Shown: piece after piece, positions 37,658-47,493 of the stretch | Numbering within the stretch: position 1 is the first letter of the stretch | How the letters are laid out: the number at the start of each line of letters is the position of its first letter | Source of the DNA: a virus | Lineage: Duplodnaviria > Caudoviricetes | IMG/VR virus record: IMGVR_UViG_3300031232_000004 | Location: 1 to 63,319 of that record | Strand: one strand, 5' to 3' | Length of the DNA stretch: 63,319 bases | The notes under the pieces: generated by a model | What the model was told of the DNA's origin: nothing | Database searches by the model: none | What the model saw: the letters and a program-made list of their open reading frames with translations, nothing else | Program-made: the position numbers and the translations under genes

Positions 37658-38376
37658 GGGGATTCGGGGAGTACGTATTTTCCAATTTCAATCACTACTG
37701 TTTCCGAAACAGGATCTGGCGTTTCGGGTTCTTCGACAGGTTCCGTCCAGGTTAGATATGGTTCACATTCTTGAAGGACCCCCTCAACCATAGCCCCTCC
37801 AACAACATTTGAATGCTTCACTAAAAAATCCGCAAAAACCCCATCCCAACTACCATATCTTTTTGAAGACTTAAATGAATCAAAACCAGACTTTTTGCCA
37901 GTTTTATAAATAATACTATATTGCCACTCCCCATCGTCTTTACGGTAAAAGTTACCATCAAAGCCAAAACCAAAGATACAAGAAAAACGACCTTTCTTGT
38001 ACGCTGTTTCTAGTTTTTGTAGAAAAGACCTTTCACTAGAGATCTTTATAGGGCCTAATGTATCTGTTTTATTCGCTATGTATTTTATACATTCGAACAG
38101 TTTTATTCCGTCTCCAACATCTTTCTTGAATTCAAGATGTTTCGACTCGTCTAGGTCCTTATCATAAGAAGGAATACCACTCTCTATAAAAACCCTAACA
38201 TCTGGATCTGTAGAGAAAAATACTTTAAGGGGGCCAACCATCTCTGGATCTTTTTGTATAAAGTTATCTTCAAAAAGGTAGACCAAAAATCTTAAAACAT
38301 CATTAAATCCAACATCCCCCCTTTGTCCAGGAATACTAAAGAAAGCTAGTCGAGACATAGTATCTGCCGAATTCAT
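37654..38376 (-). CDS. Hypothetical protein
   Basis: ORF track 37654-38442; start MNSADT at 38376 follows a GAGGAGGT RBS and overlaps the upstream stop. Confidence 0.6.
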   Translation of the reverse strand: MNSADTMSRLAFFSIPGQRGDVGFNDVLRFLVYLFEDNFIQKDPEMVGPLKVFFSTDPDVRVFIESGIPSYDKDLDESKHLEFKKDVGDGIKLFECIKYIANKTDTLGPIKISSERSFLQKLETAYKKGRFSCIFGFGFDGNFYRKDDGEWQYSIIYKTGKKSGFDSFKSSKRYGSWDGVFADFLVKHSNVVGGAMVEGVLQECEPYLTWTEPVEEPETPDPVSETVVIEIGKYVLPESP

Positions 38377-39077
38377 GGTTTCACCTCCTCTGTTCCCCCA
38401 TTTGGAATAATATCTAAAGCAGGTGCCCCAACTTTTTTCCATTCCTGTTTAAAAGCATCATAGCTTTCAAGTTTCCTAGAAAAAGCTTCATCAACATAGA
38501 TAGTTTGATAGAATCTAGCTACGTCGTGGTAATCAGCCGTTGAGCATTCGTCACAGTCGTCATTCTTCGATTCGTGAAGTCTGCACCCCCACACCTTTTC
38601 CAAAACCTTAGAATAATAACCAGCAACTAGTCTATCAAAAGTAGGTTTATTTAAAAGACTAAAGCCACCTTCTTCTACTAGTTTAAAAATAATATCCCAA
38701 TATTTTTTCATATCCCCAAGGATTTCTTGTGGAATCCTAAAAGACAAAATCCCAGATTCTGGATCGATTTTACATAAAGAAAAGCCGTTTTTATTTAACT
38801 TACAAAGTCTATCTAGGACATAAGTAGTGACCAGGGGCCTTACAAGAGACATCGTATTGATTACACGTTTGTAGCCATATTTATAAGGGGTAGTAGAAAA
38901 CTCTTCTTTAGGAATAAACCTACCCCCATTTTCATCCACAGCAACTACCGAAAGCCAATCGTCCCCAGGTTCTACCTTACGAACATTCCTATGATCGAGA
39001 ACAATTGCGTCTACTACTATTTCATCGGCAATTTCCCCAATTTTAATTGTTGTTTTGAAAATATCTTGTGTCTCCAT
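38373..39077 (-). CDS. Hypothetical protein
   Basis: 234 aa with GGAG RBS; Cys cluster C...CDEC. Confidence 0.6.
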   Translation of the reverse strand: METQDIFKTTIKIGEIADEIVVDAIVLDHRNVRKVEPGDDWLSVVAVDENGGRFIPKEEFSTTPYKYGYKRVINTMSLVRPLVTTYVLDRLCKLNKNGFSLCKIDPESGILSFRIPQEILGDMKKYWDIIFKLVEEGGFSLLNKPTFDRLVAGYYSKVLEKVWGCRLHESKNDDCDECSTADYHDVARFYQTIYVDEAFSRKLESYDAFKQEWKKVGAPALDIIPNGGTEEVKP

Positions 39078-39086
39078 TTTTGTCTC

Positions 39087-39716
39087 CTAATTTCCCAATC
39101 CTGATTCCTCAAACATCTTGTGGTGTAGTTCCCCATTAGCTCCAGCCGGGAAGCCCCAGCTAGTCAAAATAGCATGGCTGAATTCATGTCTAATCAAGGC
39201 CCAGAATCTTTCTAAGGACGCAGCTGGGGGGCCTACTACCTGGAGAATATTACCCAAAGCTACTCCGGCTAATAATAGTTTAGTACCGGCTAAGGTAAAG
39301 GGCTCTTTTACTATGTGGAGGGAACCACCGGACAGATATTTTTCTGGGTTATTTAACTGGATATTATGGTCGGGGTATTTTTGATCTATGTAATCGTACC
39401 AATTATCCATAAGGGTATTAACTGTATCAGTTATCATGTAATATTCTTCTTCGCCTATATCGGCCCCATCACAAAACACAGCCATGGGCCATAAACTTTC
39501 CCCGATCTTAGGGGCCGAATTCCATGCCTTGTTCCATTCATACCGAAGGATATACCTGTATGTAGTAAAGATCTCGATGGAAAGGGCCGTCCCCCCCACA
39601 ATAAGGCCGCCCACTAGGTCATGGGAAAATCCAGCCACCAAAATAGCTCCCAGAGCTGCGGCAAACAACACGGTCCATATCCAGGCGTCTTTAAATGTAA
39701 ATAATTTTTTAGTCAT
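39087..39716 (-). CDS. Membrane protein with HEXXH zinc-metallopeptidase motif
   Basis: Two N-terminal TM helices; IRHEFSH...HH near the C-terminus. Confidence 0.6.
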   Translation of the reverse strand: MTKKLFTFKDAWIWTVLFAAALGAILVAGFSHDLVGGLIVGGTALSIEIFTTYRYILRYEWNKAWNSAPKIGESLWPMAVFCDGADIGEEEYYMITDTVNTLMDNWYDYIDQKYPDHNIQLNNPEKYLSGGSLHIVKEPFTLAGTKLLLAGVALGNILQVVGPPAASLERFWALIRHEFSHAILTSWGFPAGANGELHHKMFEESGLGN

Positions 39717-40069
39717 GTTATTCTTTCTACAAATTCAACAGTGTTAGTACAAGTTATATTTTCTTGAACTATTTCTATAGTATAATGATAAATATATTTG
39801 ATAGGATAGGTCCAGCTTTGACACATGTCTCGCCAGGGGATTTTATCTTCGTCTTCACATATCTTTTGGATCTTATTCTTTAGGGCTATAGCTTCTTCTA
39901 TCGTATTAAAAATAGATAATTGAAAGAGTTTTGAATTTGGTCCATAAGGGTCAGCTATGATTCTAGCATAACCCTCGGTCATGTCTTCAGGGGAAGAGGA
40001 ACATATAAATCTATTGTGTTTATATTTGGTCATGTTGATCAGCGAACGGGACATGCTCCACCAGCACAA
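39713..40069 (-). CDS. Hypothetical protein (start probably internal MTKYK)
   Basis: ORF downstream of RNR. Confidence 0.5.
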   Translation of the reverse strand: MCWWSMSRSLINMTKYKHNRFICSSSPEDMTEGYARIIADPYGPNSKLFQLSIFNTIEEAIALKNKIQKICEDEDKIPWRDMCQSWTYPIKYIYHYTIEIVQENITCTNTVEFVERIT

Positions 40070-42306
40070 TCTGCTAGCTCCAAATCACTTCCCTCTTGAA
40101 CATTGTTAATATCCAATGGTTTAATTTTAGCGGACAACTTTTCATATTGTTCTTCTGTAATAGCCTCCTTTGGAGCCTGCTTGAATCCATGGCCAGAATG
40201 CCTTAGGAACGATACGGTTTTGATCTCTTTTAGATTGGACCTTAGCCAGTCCTGAATCATGGGAATTTCTTCGTCTTTATAATATACCGTAACAGAAATC
40301 GACTGGTCAGCCCAATGCTTCTGGGCCATCTTAATGGCATCTAGTTGTTTCCAGGTATCAAAGCCACTATCGGCACAAGGCGTCCCTTCGGGAGTCTTTA
40401 CATAAAAGTCGGCTACAACAGTAGAAGGATCGTAGGTTCCATCCAAACGGACTTGGGGTTCGATATAGTGTCCAGCCTCCCGTAGCTTTCCAACCAAGGC
40501 GTCATTAGAGGAAAGCCTGATACGTTGAATAAAGAACCTACTATAAGCGGGGTGAATGCCTTCACATGCGCAATCCATCATCTTAGACCATGTACCCGAT
40601 GGCTTGATAACCGTAGTCCTAATACTTGGGGGAATATTCAGTTCTTTAGAATATTTTACGTTTTCATCCTGGATAGCGGCATATATCCGATCCAACATCT
40701 CGGGGTTAAACAGCTTTGTGTTTTGAACACATCCAGTAATACCCGTTCCGACCCTTCGGTTACGCTTAATCACTTCATCGGCCTGGGGCCAGTGATATTG
40801 TTCACATGTAACCCGCTTACTCCATCGGTGCATCAATCTAGCCGCTTCTTCAAATTCGGCGGGGTCTTCAATAGCCCCCAGGTTGATTTCGGTCAAATTA
40901 CAGGGTTCGGTAGATGAACCAGTAATCCCAGGGAAGCTACGGCCGATCTCAAGGGTGGCTTCGCCGCAATTCCCAACTAACAATCCACCAGTCCAATAGG
41001 TATGGTCGGGGTCGTCTACTGTAATAGAATAGACGGGTTCAATCTGGTTAAAAATGACACTATCGATCTGGTGTGTATTGCCTTCACAGTCATCAATACT
41101 ATTAACCTTACATACTTCAATTTTTACCCCCTTACTAACAACCTTATGGTTTTCTGTTCCAATAAACACACCACCTTTAGTAATATAGGAAAATACTGGT
41201 TTAATACCGGTTTTTTGTTTATTAATAATCTTTGTCCACCGCTTCCCTGACCAAATGGTATCTCCGATATTAGCCTCTCCCATAGTATATTCACCATTAG
41301 GAGTCTTTAAAGTAGCCCATCCCGGTTGGCAAGGATTTACGCAATTAGCCGTGTCCTTTTTCAGTTCCCCCATCCGGCCATATTTCTGGATATTAGAGAC
41401 ATTGACGATACCAAATGGTTCCCCTTGCTTATATGTCTCCCAAAACAAGGGGCGTAGGTCGTGGTCCACATCATCGGCTACCACGCTGAAATTAGCCATA
41501 GCTCTTTGAGTGGGGATAGATCCAAGGTCCCAACGCTTGGCTTTTAGGAAGTTTTTATTAGATGCGTCGCCAAGAATAATAATTGCCGCCCTTCGGACGT
41601 TACCTGATACAACCATCTCCCCGATACAACAGGTAACGTCAGCACTATCAATAGGCCTGAGCTTAATCCCCTGCCTAGAACATAGAATAGCACAAATCTT
41701 TTCTACCATTACAACTAAGGCCCTAGGCCCAGAAGCTACTCCACCAAACCCATTAATAGGTTCTCCAGCAGAACGGATACAAACCGTGGAATAACTAAAA
41801 CTCTTTCCGGTTACGAAATAAGATTCTAACACGCGACGAGTAAGTTCACACCACCCTTCCCTGGAATCAGGAACAATAAAGTCCGCATCCTTGGTAAGTT
41901 TATGGTGGATGAACACATTTTCTTTTACTTCTGGCAGTTTTTCTACATATTTAGATTCAACAGACCACCCAACCCCGCCCCCTAACATCAAAAGGTCTTG
42001 GGCCGTTACCCAATTCTCCCAACAATCCGAAGCCATGGCCCAACAATTTACCAACGCCGCCCCACCTAGCTTGAACTGAGCCTCTGTACCGGACATCCAC
42101 CAACCCCGTCCAGCAGGCCCGGCCAAACGTTCCGAGAGGTAATATCTCAACCTTTGAATTTCATTTTCACCTACATTGTGCCCCCTAACATTCCCTCCTA
42201 TAACTCTATCTACCATATCTGGATAGAAACTTTCAAGTCCAGTGATAGTCTTACGAGCATAAGTACGGGTTGTTACAACATTGGCTAGGTTAGAAAATGG
42301 ACGCAT
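40039..42306 (-). CDS. nrdJ: Class II (B12-dependent) ribonucleotide reductase with mini-intein
   Basis: PAGRG, NC, LMLGGGVG, PDSREGW, VVSGNVRR, NP|C..|CGE, KPSGT, C-terminal CAGGACPVR. Confidence 0.92.
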   Translation of the reverse strand: MRPFSNLANVVTTRTYARKTITGLESFYPDMVDRVIGGNVRGHNVGENEIQRLRYYLSERLAGPAGRGWWMSGTEAQFKLGGAALVNCWAMASDCWENWVTAQDLLMLGGGVGWSVESKYVEKLPEVKENVFIHHKLTKDADFIVPDSREGWCELTRRVLESYFVTGKSFSYSTVCIRSAGEPINGFGGVASGPRALVVMVEKICAILCSRQGIKLRPIDSADVTCCIGEMVVSGNVRRAAIIILGDASNKNFLKAKRWDLGSIPTQRAMANFSVVADDVDHDLRPLFWETYKQGEPFGIVNVSNIQKYGRMGELKKDTANCVNPCQPGWATLKTPNGEYTMGEANIGDTIWSGKRWTKIINKQKTGIKPVFSYITKGGVFIGTENHKVVSKGVKIEVCKVNSIDDCEGNTHQIDSVIFNQIEPVYSITVDDPDHTYWTGGLLVGNCGEATLEIGRSFPGITGSSTEPCNLTEINLGAIEDPAEFEEAARLMHRWSKRVTCEQYHWPQADEVIKRNRRVGTGITGCVQNTKLFNPEMLDRIYAAIQDENVKYSKELNIPPSIRTTVIKPSGTWSKMMDCACEGIHPAYSRFFIQRIRLSSNDALVGKLREAGHYIEPQVRLDGTYDPSTVVADFYVKTPEGTPCADSGFDTWKQLDAIKMAQKHWADQSISVTVYYKDEEIPMIQDWLRSNLKEIKTVSFLRHSGHGFKQAPKEAITEEQYEKLSAKIKPLDINNVQEGSDLELADCAGGACPVR
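40969..41331 (-). mobile_element. Mini-intein (121 aa) at the RNR NPC.E active site
   Basis: VNP|CQPGWATL...GTENHKV...HTYWTGGLLVGN|CGEATL. Confidence 0.88.
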
Positions 42307-42379
42307 TCTTAATAGATTACCCTTCTACAAACTAAGTTTCTTTATATATACTTTTAGTTAAAAAATTCAACAATTCCAG

Positions 42380-43009
42380 CTATTTACCGTTGCAAAGTTT
42401 CACCCCTTTAAGGTAGGATGTTCCCATACATATAGCATCGGCGATATCATTATCTTTTACGATAAAGTTAAGCCCATAATTTTCATTTACAAAGGCGACG
42501 GCTAGATGCTTGGGGGTCACTTCACCTTTGATACCTAAAGATTTTTTATCAACTTTAATACCAGACATTTTAGCACATTTTGATGCTGAGCGCAAGCGTG
42601 TATTTGCCTGGCGCTGTTCTTTGGATAAAGCCAAGCCCACGGATTTTCTCCAGTCCATGGTATTTATATAATGGACGTGAGGAATCAAAGATCCTCCCCC
42701 AAACTTTTCCAGGTGCTGGAGGAGGGTGTTGTGGAAAAATTCAAGGGCCTTTTGGGAGTACCGGTTACGGCCCTTGTTGGTCTCTTCTATGACTACAGCA
42801 TCCGGCCTGAATTCTATCACTAGTTGCACCAGACCCTCTACCAGAGCCTTGGCCGCATTAACATAGGACCAGGGATATGGACCATACTGGGATATGGTAA
42901 TGGGTAGCTCGGAAAGGCCATAATGTTTGAGTTCTATTTTATTAGAGTCTCCTTCCATTACAGCCCATCCCGTTTTAGTGGACACATCCAGGGATAAGAT
43001 GCGTTCCAT
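42380..43009 (-). CDS. ruvC: RuvC-like Holliday junction resolvase
   Basis: ILSLDVSTKTGWA, VVIEE, DNDIADAI catalytic motifs. Confidence 0.82.
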   Translation of the reverse strand: MERILSLDVSTKTGWAVMEGDSNKIELKHYGLSELPITISQYGPYPWSYVNAAKALVEGLVQLVIEFRPDAVVIEETNKGRNRYSQKALEFFHNTLLQHLEKFGGGSLIPHVHYINTMDWRKSVGLALSKEQRQANTRLRSASKCAKMSGIKVDKKSLGIKGEVTPKHLAVAFVNENYGLNFIVKDNDIADAICMGTSYLKGVKLCNGK

Positions 43010-43746
43010 TAGTCCTTAACGGTCCACCATGCGATGTTTTGGTGTGGGGATCCTGAATATGTGTCGGCCAGATACACGCCGTTTTTATCAAGGGGAAATT
43101 CACCATAGCTCTCTCCATCTGAAGAGATCATTACTCCAGACTTGGCAAGGTCCAGTTTCGTGTCGTGATACAGTTCGTGGGTGCCACACACCACCCCGTC
43201 CTTAATAATACCATTCGTGATAAATTTAACCTTACTTCCAATCGGGACTAGATATTTAGTAAGATCTACTGGGGCGGGCCTGGGGGTGGAGATGCTGACA
43301 GTTTTTGGTTTAGTATAGCCCCAGTCATAACCATAATAAATATACGGAGGCTTTTCTAGGAAATAGTTTGGATATGTAGGGATCTTCAGGCCGGGGTTAA
43401 ACAAATAACTAGTATCAAAGGTCTTCATTCCATCCAAGAAAGCTTTATTAGAATCTTCCTTAAGTTTCCTTACCTTAATCTCATCGATAGTATTAATCAG
43501 GCAACTACTTACCTGGTTCAGCTTGTGATTCCATTTTTGGATATTTCCTTGAACACTTACGACAAGTTCTTTAGCCTGGATATAAAGGCTGTCACCTGGA
43601 ACAAGACATCCTAAGGCTTTTTCATAGCGGGCCTTTTTTTTGTGGAGTTCGATAATCTCTACATTAAGATTGCCGATGCTCTTATTAAGGCCATGTTTTC
43701 TACGTTCAAGTTGATCTAGGGTGAGGGATGACAATTCATTTTCCAT
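43009..43746 (-). CDS. Hypothetical protein (N-terminal coiled coil, C-terminal SH3-like)
   Basis: 245-aa coupled ORF with RBS. Confidence 0.6.
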   Translation of the reverse strand: MENELSSLTLDQLERRKHGLNKSIGNLNVEIIELHKKKARYEKALGCLVPGDSLYIQAKELVVSVQGNIQKWNHKLNQVSSCLINTIDEIKVRKLKEDSNKAFLDGMKTFDTSYLFNPGLKIPTYPNYFLEKPPYIYYGYDWGYTKPKTVSISTPRPAPVDLTKYLVPIGSKVKFITNGIIKDGVVCGTHELYHDTKLDLAKSGVMISSDGESYGEFPLDKNGVYLADTYSGSPHQNIAWWTVKD

Positions 43747-44022
43747 TTATTCTTCCTTTAAAATATTGATTTCTAAAACTTCTTCTACAAAAAACCTTGG
43801 GACGGATACGGGTGAATCTTTACGATAGTAAGCTATTACATATCCTTGAAGGACTGGAGACACTTCTACGGTATGGATTCGGTTGGAATGAGATGGGTGG
43901 CGTTTGTAAAAATACTTAGCCACCTTTTTCAGATTGGAAAACTTAATTAGACTATTCGGCCGGGTTTCCACCCTTCCCCCCGTTCTCGGCGAATTCCAGG
44001 ATCTCATCCAGCCCCGGAACAT
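43747..44022 (-). CDS. Hypothetical protein
   Basis: Fills the gap; overlaps the upstream gene by about 70 nt. Confidence 0.45.
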   Translation of the reverse strand: MFRGWMRSWNSPRTGGRVETRPNSLIKFSNLKKVAKYFYKRHPSHSNRIHTVEVSPVLQGYVIAYYRKDSPVSVPRFFVEEVLEINILKEE

Positions 44023-44305
44023 CTACACCCCGGCTTTGAAGAACCTGGATAATATACTCGGCCCGAATTTCCCCGACCTTGATAACTTCATTATACCCGG
44101 CTGCGGCAGTCTTGATTTGTTCCCGGAGTTCCTTAAGCTGGGGATCAACCTTCTTGGCCAGTTTGTTCTTAAAGACTTCCATACAAACCTCATTATAGGC
44201 TTGTCGGAGCTTTTCTTCTGAGTTTTGTTCCTGATTGGTCTTCCAGTCGGTATCGAGTTTTTCAAATCGCTTCAGTTGCTTTGCTTTGTACGTTTCTTCG
44301 GTCAT
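43952..44305 (-). CDS. Hypothetical coiled-coil protein
   Basis: 117 aa with AAGGA RBS. Confidence 0.6.
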   Translation of the reverse strand: MTEETYKAKQLKRFEKLDTDWKTNQEQNSEEKLRQAYNEVCMEVFKNKLAKKVDPQLKELREQIKTAAAGYNEVIKVGEIRAEYIIQVLQSRGVDVPGLDEILEFAENGGKGGNPAE

Positions 44306-44335
44306 TTTAAATCCTTTGGTTTGTTGTTAAATTGT

Positions 44336-44962
44336 TTATTTGATTTTTTTAAAAGTAGTTCTTAGGACAGGTGGGGTTACTTCAAATTTAGCTACGGGGG
44401 CATTTAGTTCATATACAGACAAGATACTTTTATTGTCCTTATCTGTCAAACATTCATCTTCTATATAATTTTTAACGGCCTCTTCTGGAGTGTTATAACA
44501 ATAGTATTTTCCAGACCCTATATTATTTTCAAGACATACTACCCACATCTTTTCAGTTTGCTTCTTTTTAGTCACTTTTTTCACCCCATACTTTTTATTA
44601 AATTCAGTTTCGGATAAAGCACTTCCCTTTATATACCACCCCAGCGTTCCACTGGCCCCAATATAGGCCGGGCCTGTTTCGTTATGGGGGAGCCCCTCCT
44701 TATACCAAAACTTAGTTCCATCGGTCCAATCGATAGCCGGGCCGAAGTCTCGGTGTCTAAGTCCGTCCTTATACCATTCTTTTTCACCATTACGTCCAAC
44801 ATAGGCAGGGCCATCTAAGCGGTGTAGTTGGCCATCCTTGTACCAGGCTTGGCCCCCATCTTCACGAAGAATGGCCGGGCCGAAGTCACAGTGACAAACC
44901 CCGTTCCGATAATGGCATTTATTACCGTAAGAGTCTGTCTCCCAGCCATTCTTTTTAGCCAC
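44336..44962 (-). CDS. HRxDGPA repeat protein, paralogue 2, with extra C-terminal domain
   Basis: Four H.x.GPA repeats, SETEFNKKYG cap, unrelated C-terminal ~75 aa. Confidence 0.78.
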   Translation of the reverse strand: MAKKNGWETDSYGNKCHYRNGVCHCDFGPAILREDGGQAWYKDGQLHRLDGPAYVGRNGEKEWYKDGLRHRDFGPAIDWTDGTKFWYKEGLPHNETGPAYIGASGTLGWYIKGSALSETEFNKKYGVKKVTKKKQTEKMWVVCLENNIGSGKYYCYNTPEEAVKNYIEDECLTDKDNKSILSVYELNAPVAKFEVTPPVLRTTFKKIK

Positions 44963-44964
44963 GA

Positions 44965-45135
44965 TTACCTACCACAGTTACAGCCATGTCCCTTAAACTT
45001 GTTTTTTCCACAGTAGTGACAATATCCGGCTAGGAATAATGCTTCAACCCGTGTGGCATCATCCCCAAGTTCTCCTAAAATCTTCTTAATTTTTTGGGAG
45101 GCTAGCGCTACCACGTCATTTTTACTGTCTTTCAT
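44965..45135 (-). CDS. Small Cys-rich protein (56 aa; not in the ORF track)
   Basis: MKDSKNDVV...YCHYCGKNKFKGHGCNCGR; AGGAG RBS; overlaps the upstream stop. Confidence 0.6.
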   Translation of the reverse strand: MKDSKNDVVALASQKIKKILGELGDDATRVEALFLAGYCHYCGKNKFKGHGCNCGR

Positions 45136-46385
45136 TTGTTCTCCTTATCAAAGTTTTCATGTCCGTACATTAACCCCTTTTCTATACAAAAGTCAAGTGG
45201 TTCTCCTTTAGAAAAGTCCCATCCCTTAACCGGTTTGCATAACACTTTTTGCTTACATAAACTATAAATCTTTGATACTAAACCATAATCAACATTTTCA
45301 TCCCCACTTAGAGACAAAAATTCACTTCGCTTACGCCGTAGCATATATACTTTTTCTACTATTCGGTTAATCACCTCTAACGTAGGCCGAATACCTTGGG
45401 CTTCTAGTAGGGAACCGTTACAATACGAAGTAATCACGGAATGAAGGGTGTTATAAGAATTACCGTTCCCAAACATATGGGGTTCTTCCACACATCCCTC
45501 GTAATTGTTGTATAATTGATCTTCCCCCCATTTTTCAATAAACACGGTATTAGCGGCTTCAAAGATAAGATCCCCTTTTTGGGTCATTGTGTTATATTCA
45601 CGCCACTGCCCCATAAACTTAATAAATCCAAGGTTGAATTGACCAGACGAATCTTTGGAGGGATTCCATTTATCCCTCATATACCTTACAGCAGAATACA
45701 TATCACACATATCTTCTTCATTGAAGAATCTACGGAAGAATGTAAAAGAATCCCTTAGTACGTCTTGACGAGTCTTCCCCGAAAATGGGGGGTAGATATC
45801 CCAAAACACATCAAAATAAGTTTTAGCTACCCCCCCATCATCGTACCGGGCCTTTTCCAAATACATTTCTATCCAGTCCTCGTCTATGAAAGCCTTGGAC
45901 ATCTTTTTAGCATGAACGATCCCGAGGGAAGGGTCGGACATTTCTAGGATATAGACCTGGGCTACTTTTAGAATTTTGTCTACCCCATATTCTTTTACGG
46001 CGGAACGAAAGGAGTCCCATGCCTTAGCCTTTCTATCTGGGTATTCATGGTTTACGGGCCACTTCACCCAAATCTCCTCGAAACTATTTTTAAGCTCGGG
46101 CGATTCGGTCCTGGAATCGCCATAGATATTAACCGAAGGAGCGACCGTGGTATTTTGTACCAGTTCTTTTTCAGCGGGGGTGGAGTGACCCTTTTCAATA
46201 GCTTCCAAAGCTACGTATAAAGTGGCGTGGCGGTTCTTGCGGTTGTCGTTAAAAAATTCCCGAAGTTCCTCATCCAAACTATCCCCAAGTTTTAGGACCA
46301 GTGCATCATACAAAAGGGATTCCTGGATGCTGATCCCCCCCTTGGTTTTAGTATGCCAAATTTTACGAATATCTTCTATGGACAT
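45132..46385 (-). CDS. Putative replication initiator (two DnaD/replisome-organiser-like domains)
   Basis: FEEIWVKWP...KAKAWDSF and FDVFWDIYP motifs typical of phage initiator C-terminal domains; next to the iteron region. Confidence 0.55.
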   Translation of the reverse strand: MSIEDIRKIWHTKTKGGISIQESLLYDALVLKLGDSLDEELREFFNDNRKNRHATLYVALEAIEKGHSTPAEKELVQNTTVAPSVNIYGDSRTESPELKNSFEEIWVKWPVNHEYPDRKAKAWDSFRSAVKEYGVDKILKVAQVYILEMSDPSLGIVHAKKMSKAFIDEDWIEMYLEKARYDDGGVAKTYFDVFWDIYPPFSGKTRQDVLRDSFTFFRRFFNEEDMCDMYSAVRYMRDKWNPSKDSSGQFNLGFIKFMGQWREYNTMTQKGDLIFEAANTVFIEKWGEDQLYNNYEGCVEEPHMFGNGNSYNTLHSVITSYCNGSLLEAQGIRPTLEVINRIVEKVYMLRRKRSEFLSLSGDENVDYGLVSKIYSLCKQKVLCKPVKGWDFSKGEPLDFCIEKGLMYGHENFDKENK

Positions 46386-46387
46386 GA

Positions 46388-46717
46388 TTATTCTTTTGTC
46401 TTTCTGGATAGATGTAGAACAAGACCAGAAATATTATAATGGCCCTTAGACTCTTTTACTATAAACTCAAGGTCTTCCATGTTATAGAAAAAATTGGCTA
46501 CAGTTTTCCTGGAAACCCTGGTGTAGGTTTCGACTTCTTCTCGGGTCAATTTTAGGGAAGTATCTTTCATTTTAGATTTAGTTAATATAAACAAGATACA
46601 TAAAATTTCACTAGGGGAATATCCAAGGTCTCTGGCACGGGGAATAAGGGCCGGGGGGAGCCGTAGGAAAGAATCCTCGTGTAGGCCAAGGTAGGGGTTT
46701 GTGGGGGTGGTCTCCAT
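46388..46717 (-). CDS. Winged-helix DNA-binding protein (initiator N-domain-like)
   Basis: LTREEVETYTRVSRKTVANFFYNMEDLEFI wHTH; first gene next to the iterons. Confidence 0.65.
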   Translation of the reverse strand: METTPTNPYLGLHEDSFLRLPPALIPRARDLGYSPSEILCILFILTKSKMKDTSLKLTREEVETYTRVSRKTVANFFYNMEDLEFIVKESKGHYNISGLVLHLSRKTKE

Positions 46718-46730
46718 TCACTGTCCCCAG

Positions 46731-46759
46731 ATCATACCACACCCAAAAACCAATTGCAA
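46731..46759 (-). promoter_or_regulatory. Sigma70-type promoter for the leftward arm
   Basis: Minus strand TTGCAA-N17-TATGAT with extended TG; 5 bp from the first iteron. Confidence 0.55.
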
Positions 46760-46764
46760 CCATC

Positions 46765-46975
46765 TTGCGTAAAAATTGCCCAAAATCTTTATTTAAACCA
46801 GAACCGAGAGTTAAATAAAACTGCGTAAATTTTGCCCACTTTTGCGTAAATTTTGCCCAAACCCCAAAAGTTTTGCGTAAATTTTGCCCAATTTAGGCAA
46901 TTTTTACGCAAGAATTTCACTTCACTCCTTATTAGATCTTAGATATAGATCTAAGATAAGAAAAGATCTGAGATC
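46765..46975. repeat. Iteron array and GATC cluster: putative replication origin
   Basis: Four direct copies of (T)TGCGTAAAWWTTGCCCA at 46765, 46822, 46842 and 46873; one inverted copy at 46894-46911; then four GATC within a TCTTAGAT/ATCTAAGA palindromic region; located at the strand switch. Confidence 0.75.
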
Positions 46976-47382
46976 AAGCACCAAGCACGGAGTAGTAGTA
47001 CGTAGTATAACCACACCCACGCTTCCTCGCTGCGCAAGGAAGCTGAAAAGTGCTAAAAAAAATGACACATATATTTCCCTATTAAAAAATTCAGAAAAGA
47101 TCCAGAGTTCAAAAAAGAGGGGAAAAACGGGTTTTGTAACCTTGCTTACACTTTTTACTTTTAAAAAGGGGCGAAACGCTTTAAACGCTCTCCCAGCCCT
47201 TATAAGGCGTCCCAAAACGTCTTGGCTATCTCGCTATTCCCCGGCCATCAAACCGGCCCCAGCTTTAAGCCTATTGACAATGGCGGTGCTTTTAGGGGGT
47301 ATTTTCCCCCGGCTTTTTACCAGTCGCCCACCGACGATAAAAACTTTACTTAATGTTTTTTATATTAACCATACTTTTGGGC

Positions 47383-47410
47383 TTGATTTACCAGAAAACC
47401 ATGGTATAAT
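47383..47410 (+). promoter_or_regulatory. Sigma70-type promoter for the rightward arm
   Basis: TTGATT-N16-TATAAT with extended TG. Confidence 0.6.
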
Positions 47411-47493
47411 AAAATGAAAAAACCTTGAAGATGTAAAGAAGCTTTACAACTTGTAAAGTAACTTTACACCCCGATTTTGATGCAAAAAGACTA

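Noticed and set aside
46765-46911. CRISPR array
   Set aside because: Repeats are only 17-18 bp, spacing is irregular (3-39 bp), one copy is inverted and there are no cas genes. This fits iterons.
46884-47417. 177-aa (+) and 97-aa (-) ORFs in the origin region
   Set aside because: Low-complexity Lys/Arg or Phe-rich translations, no RBS, and overlap with iterons and a promoter. Probably spurious.
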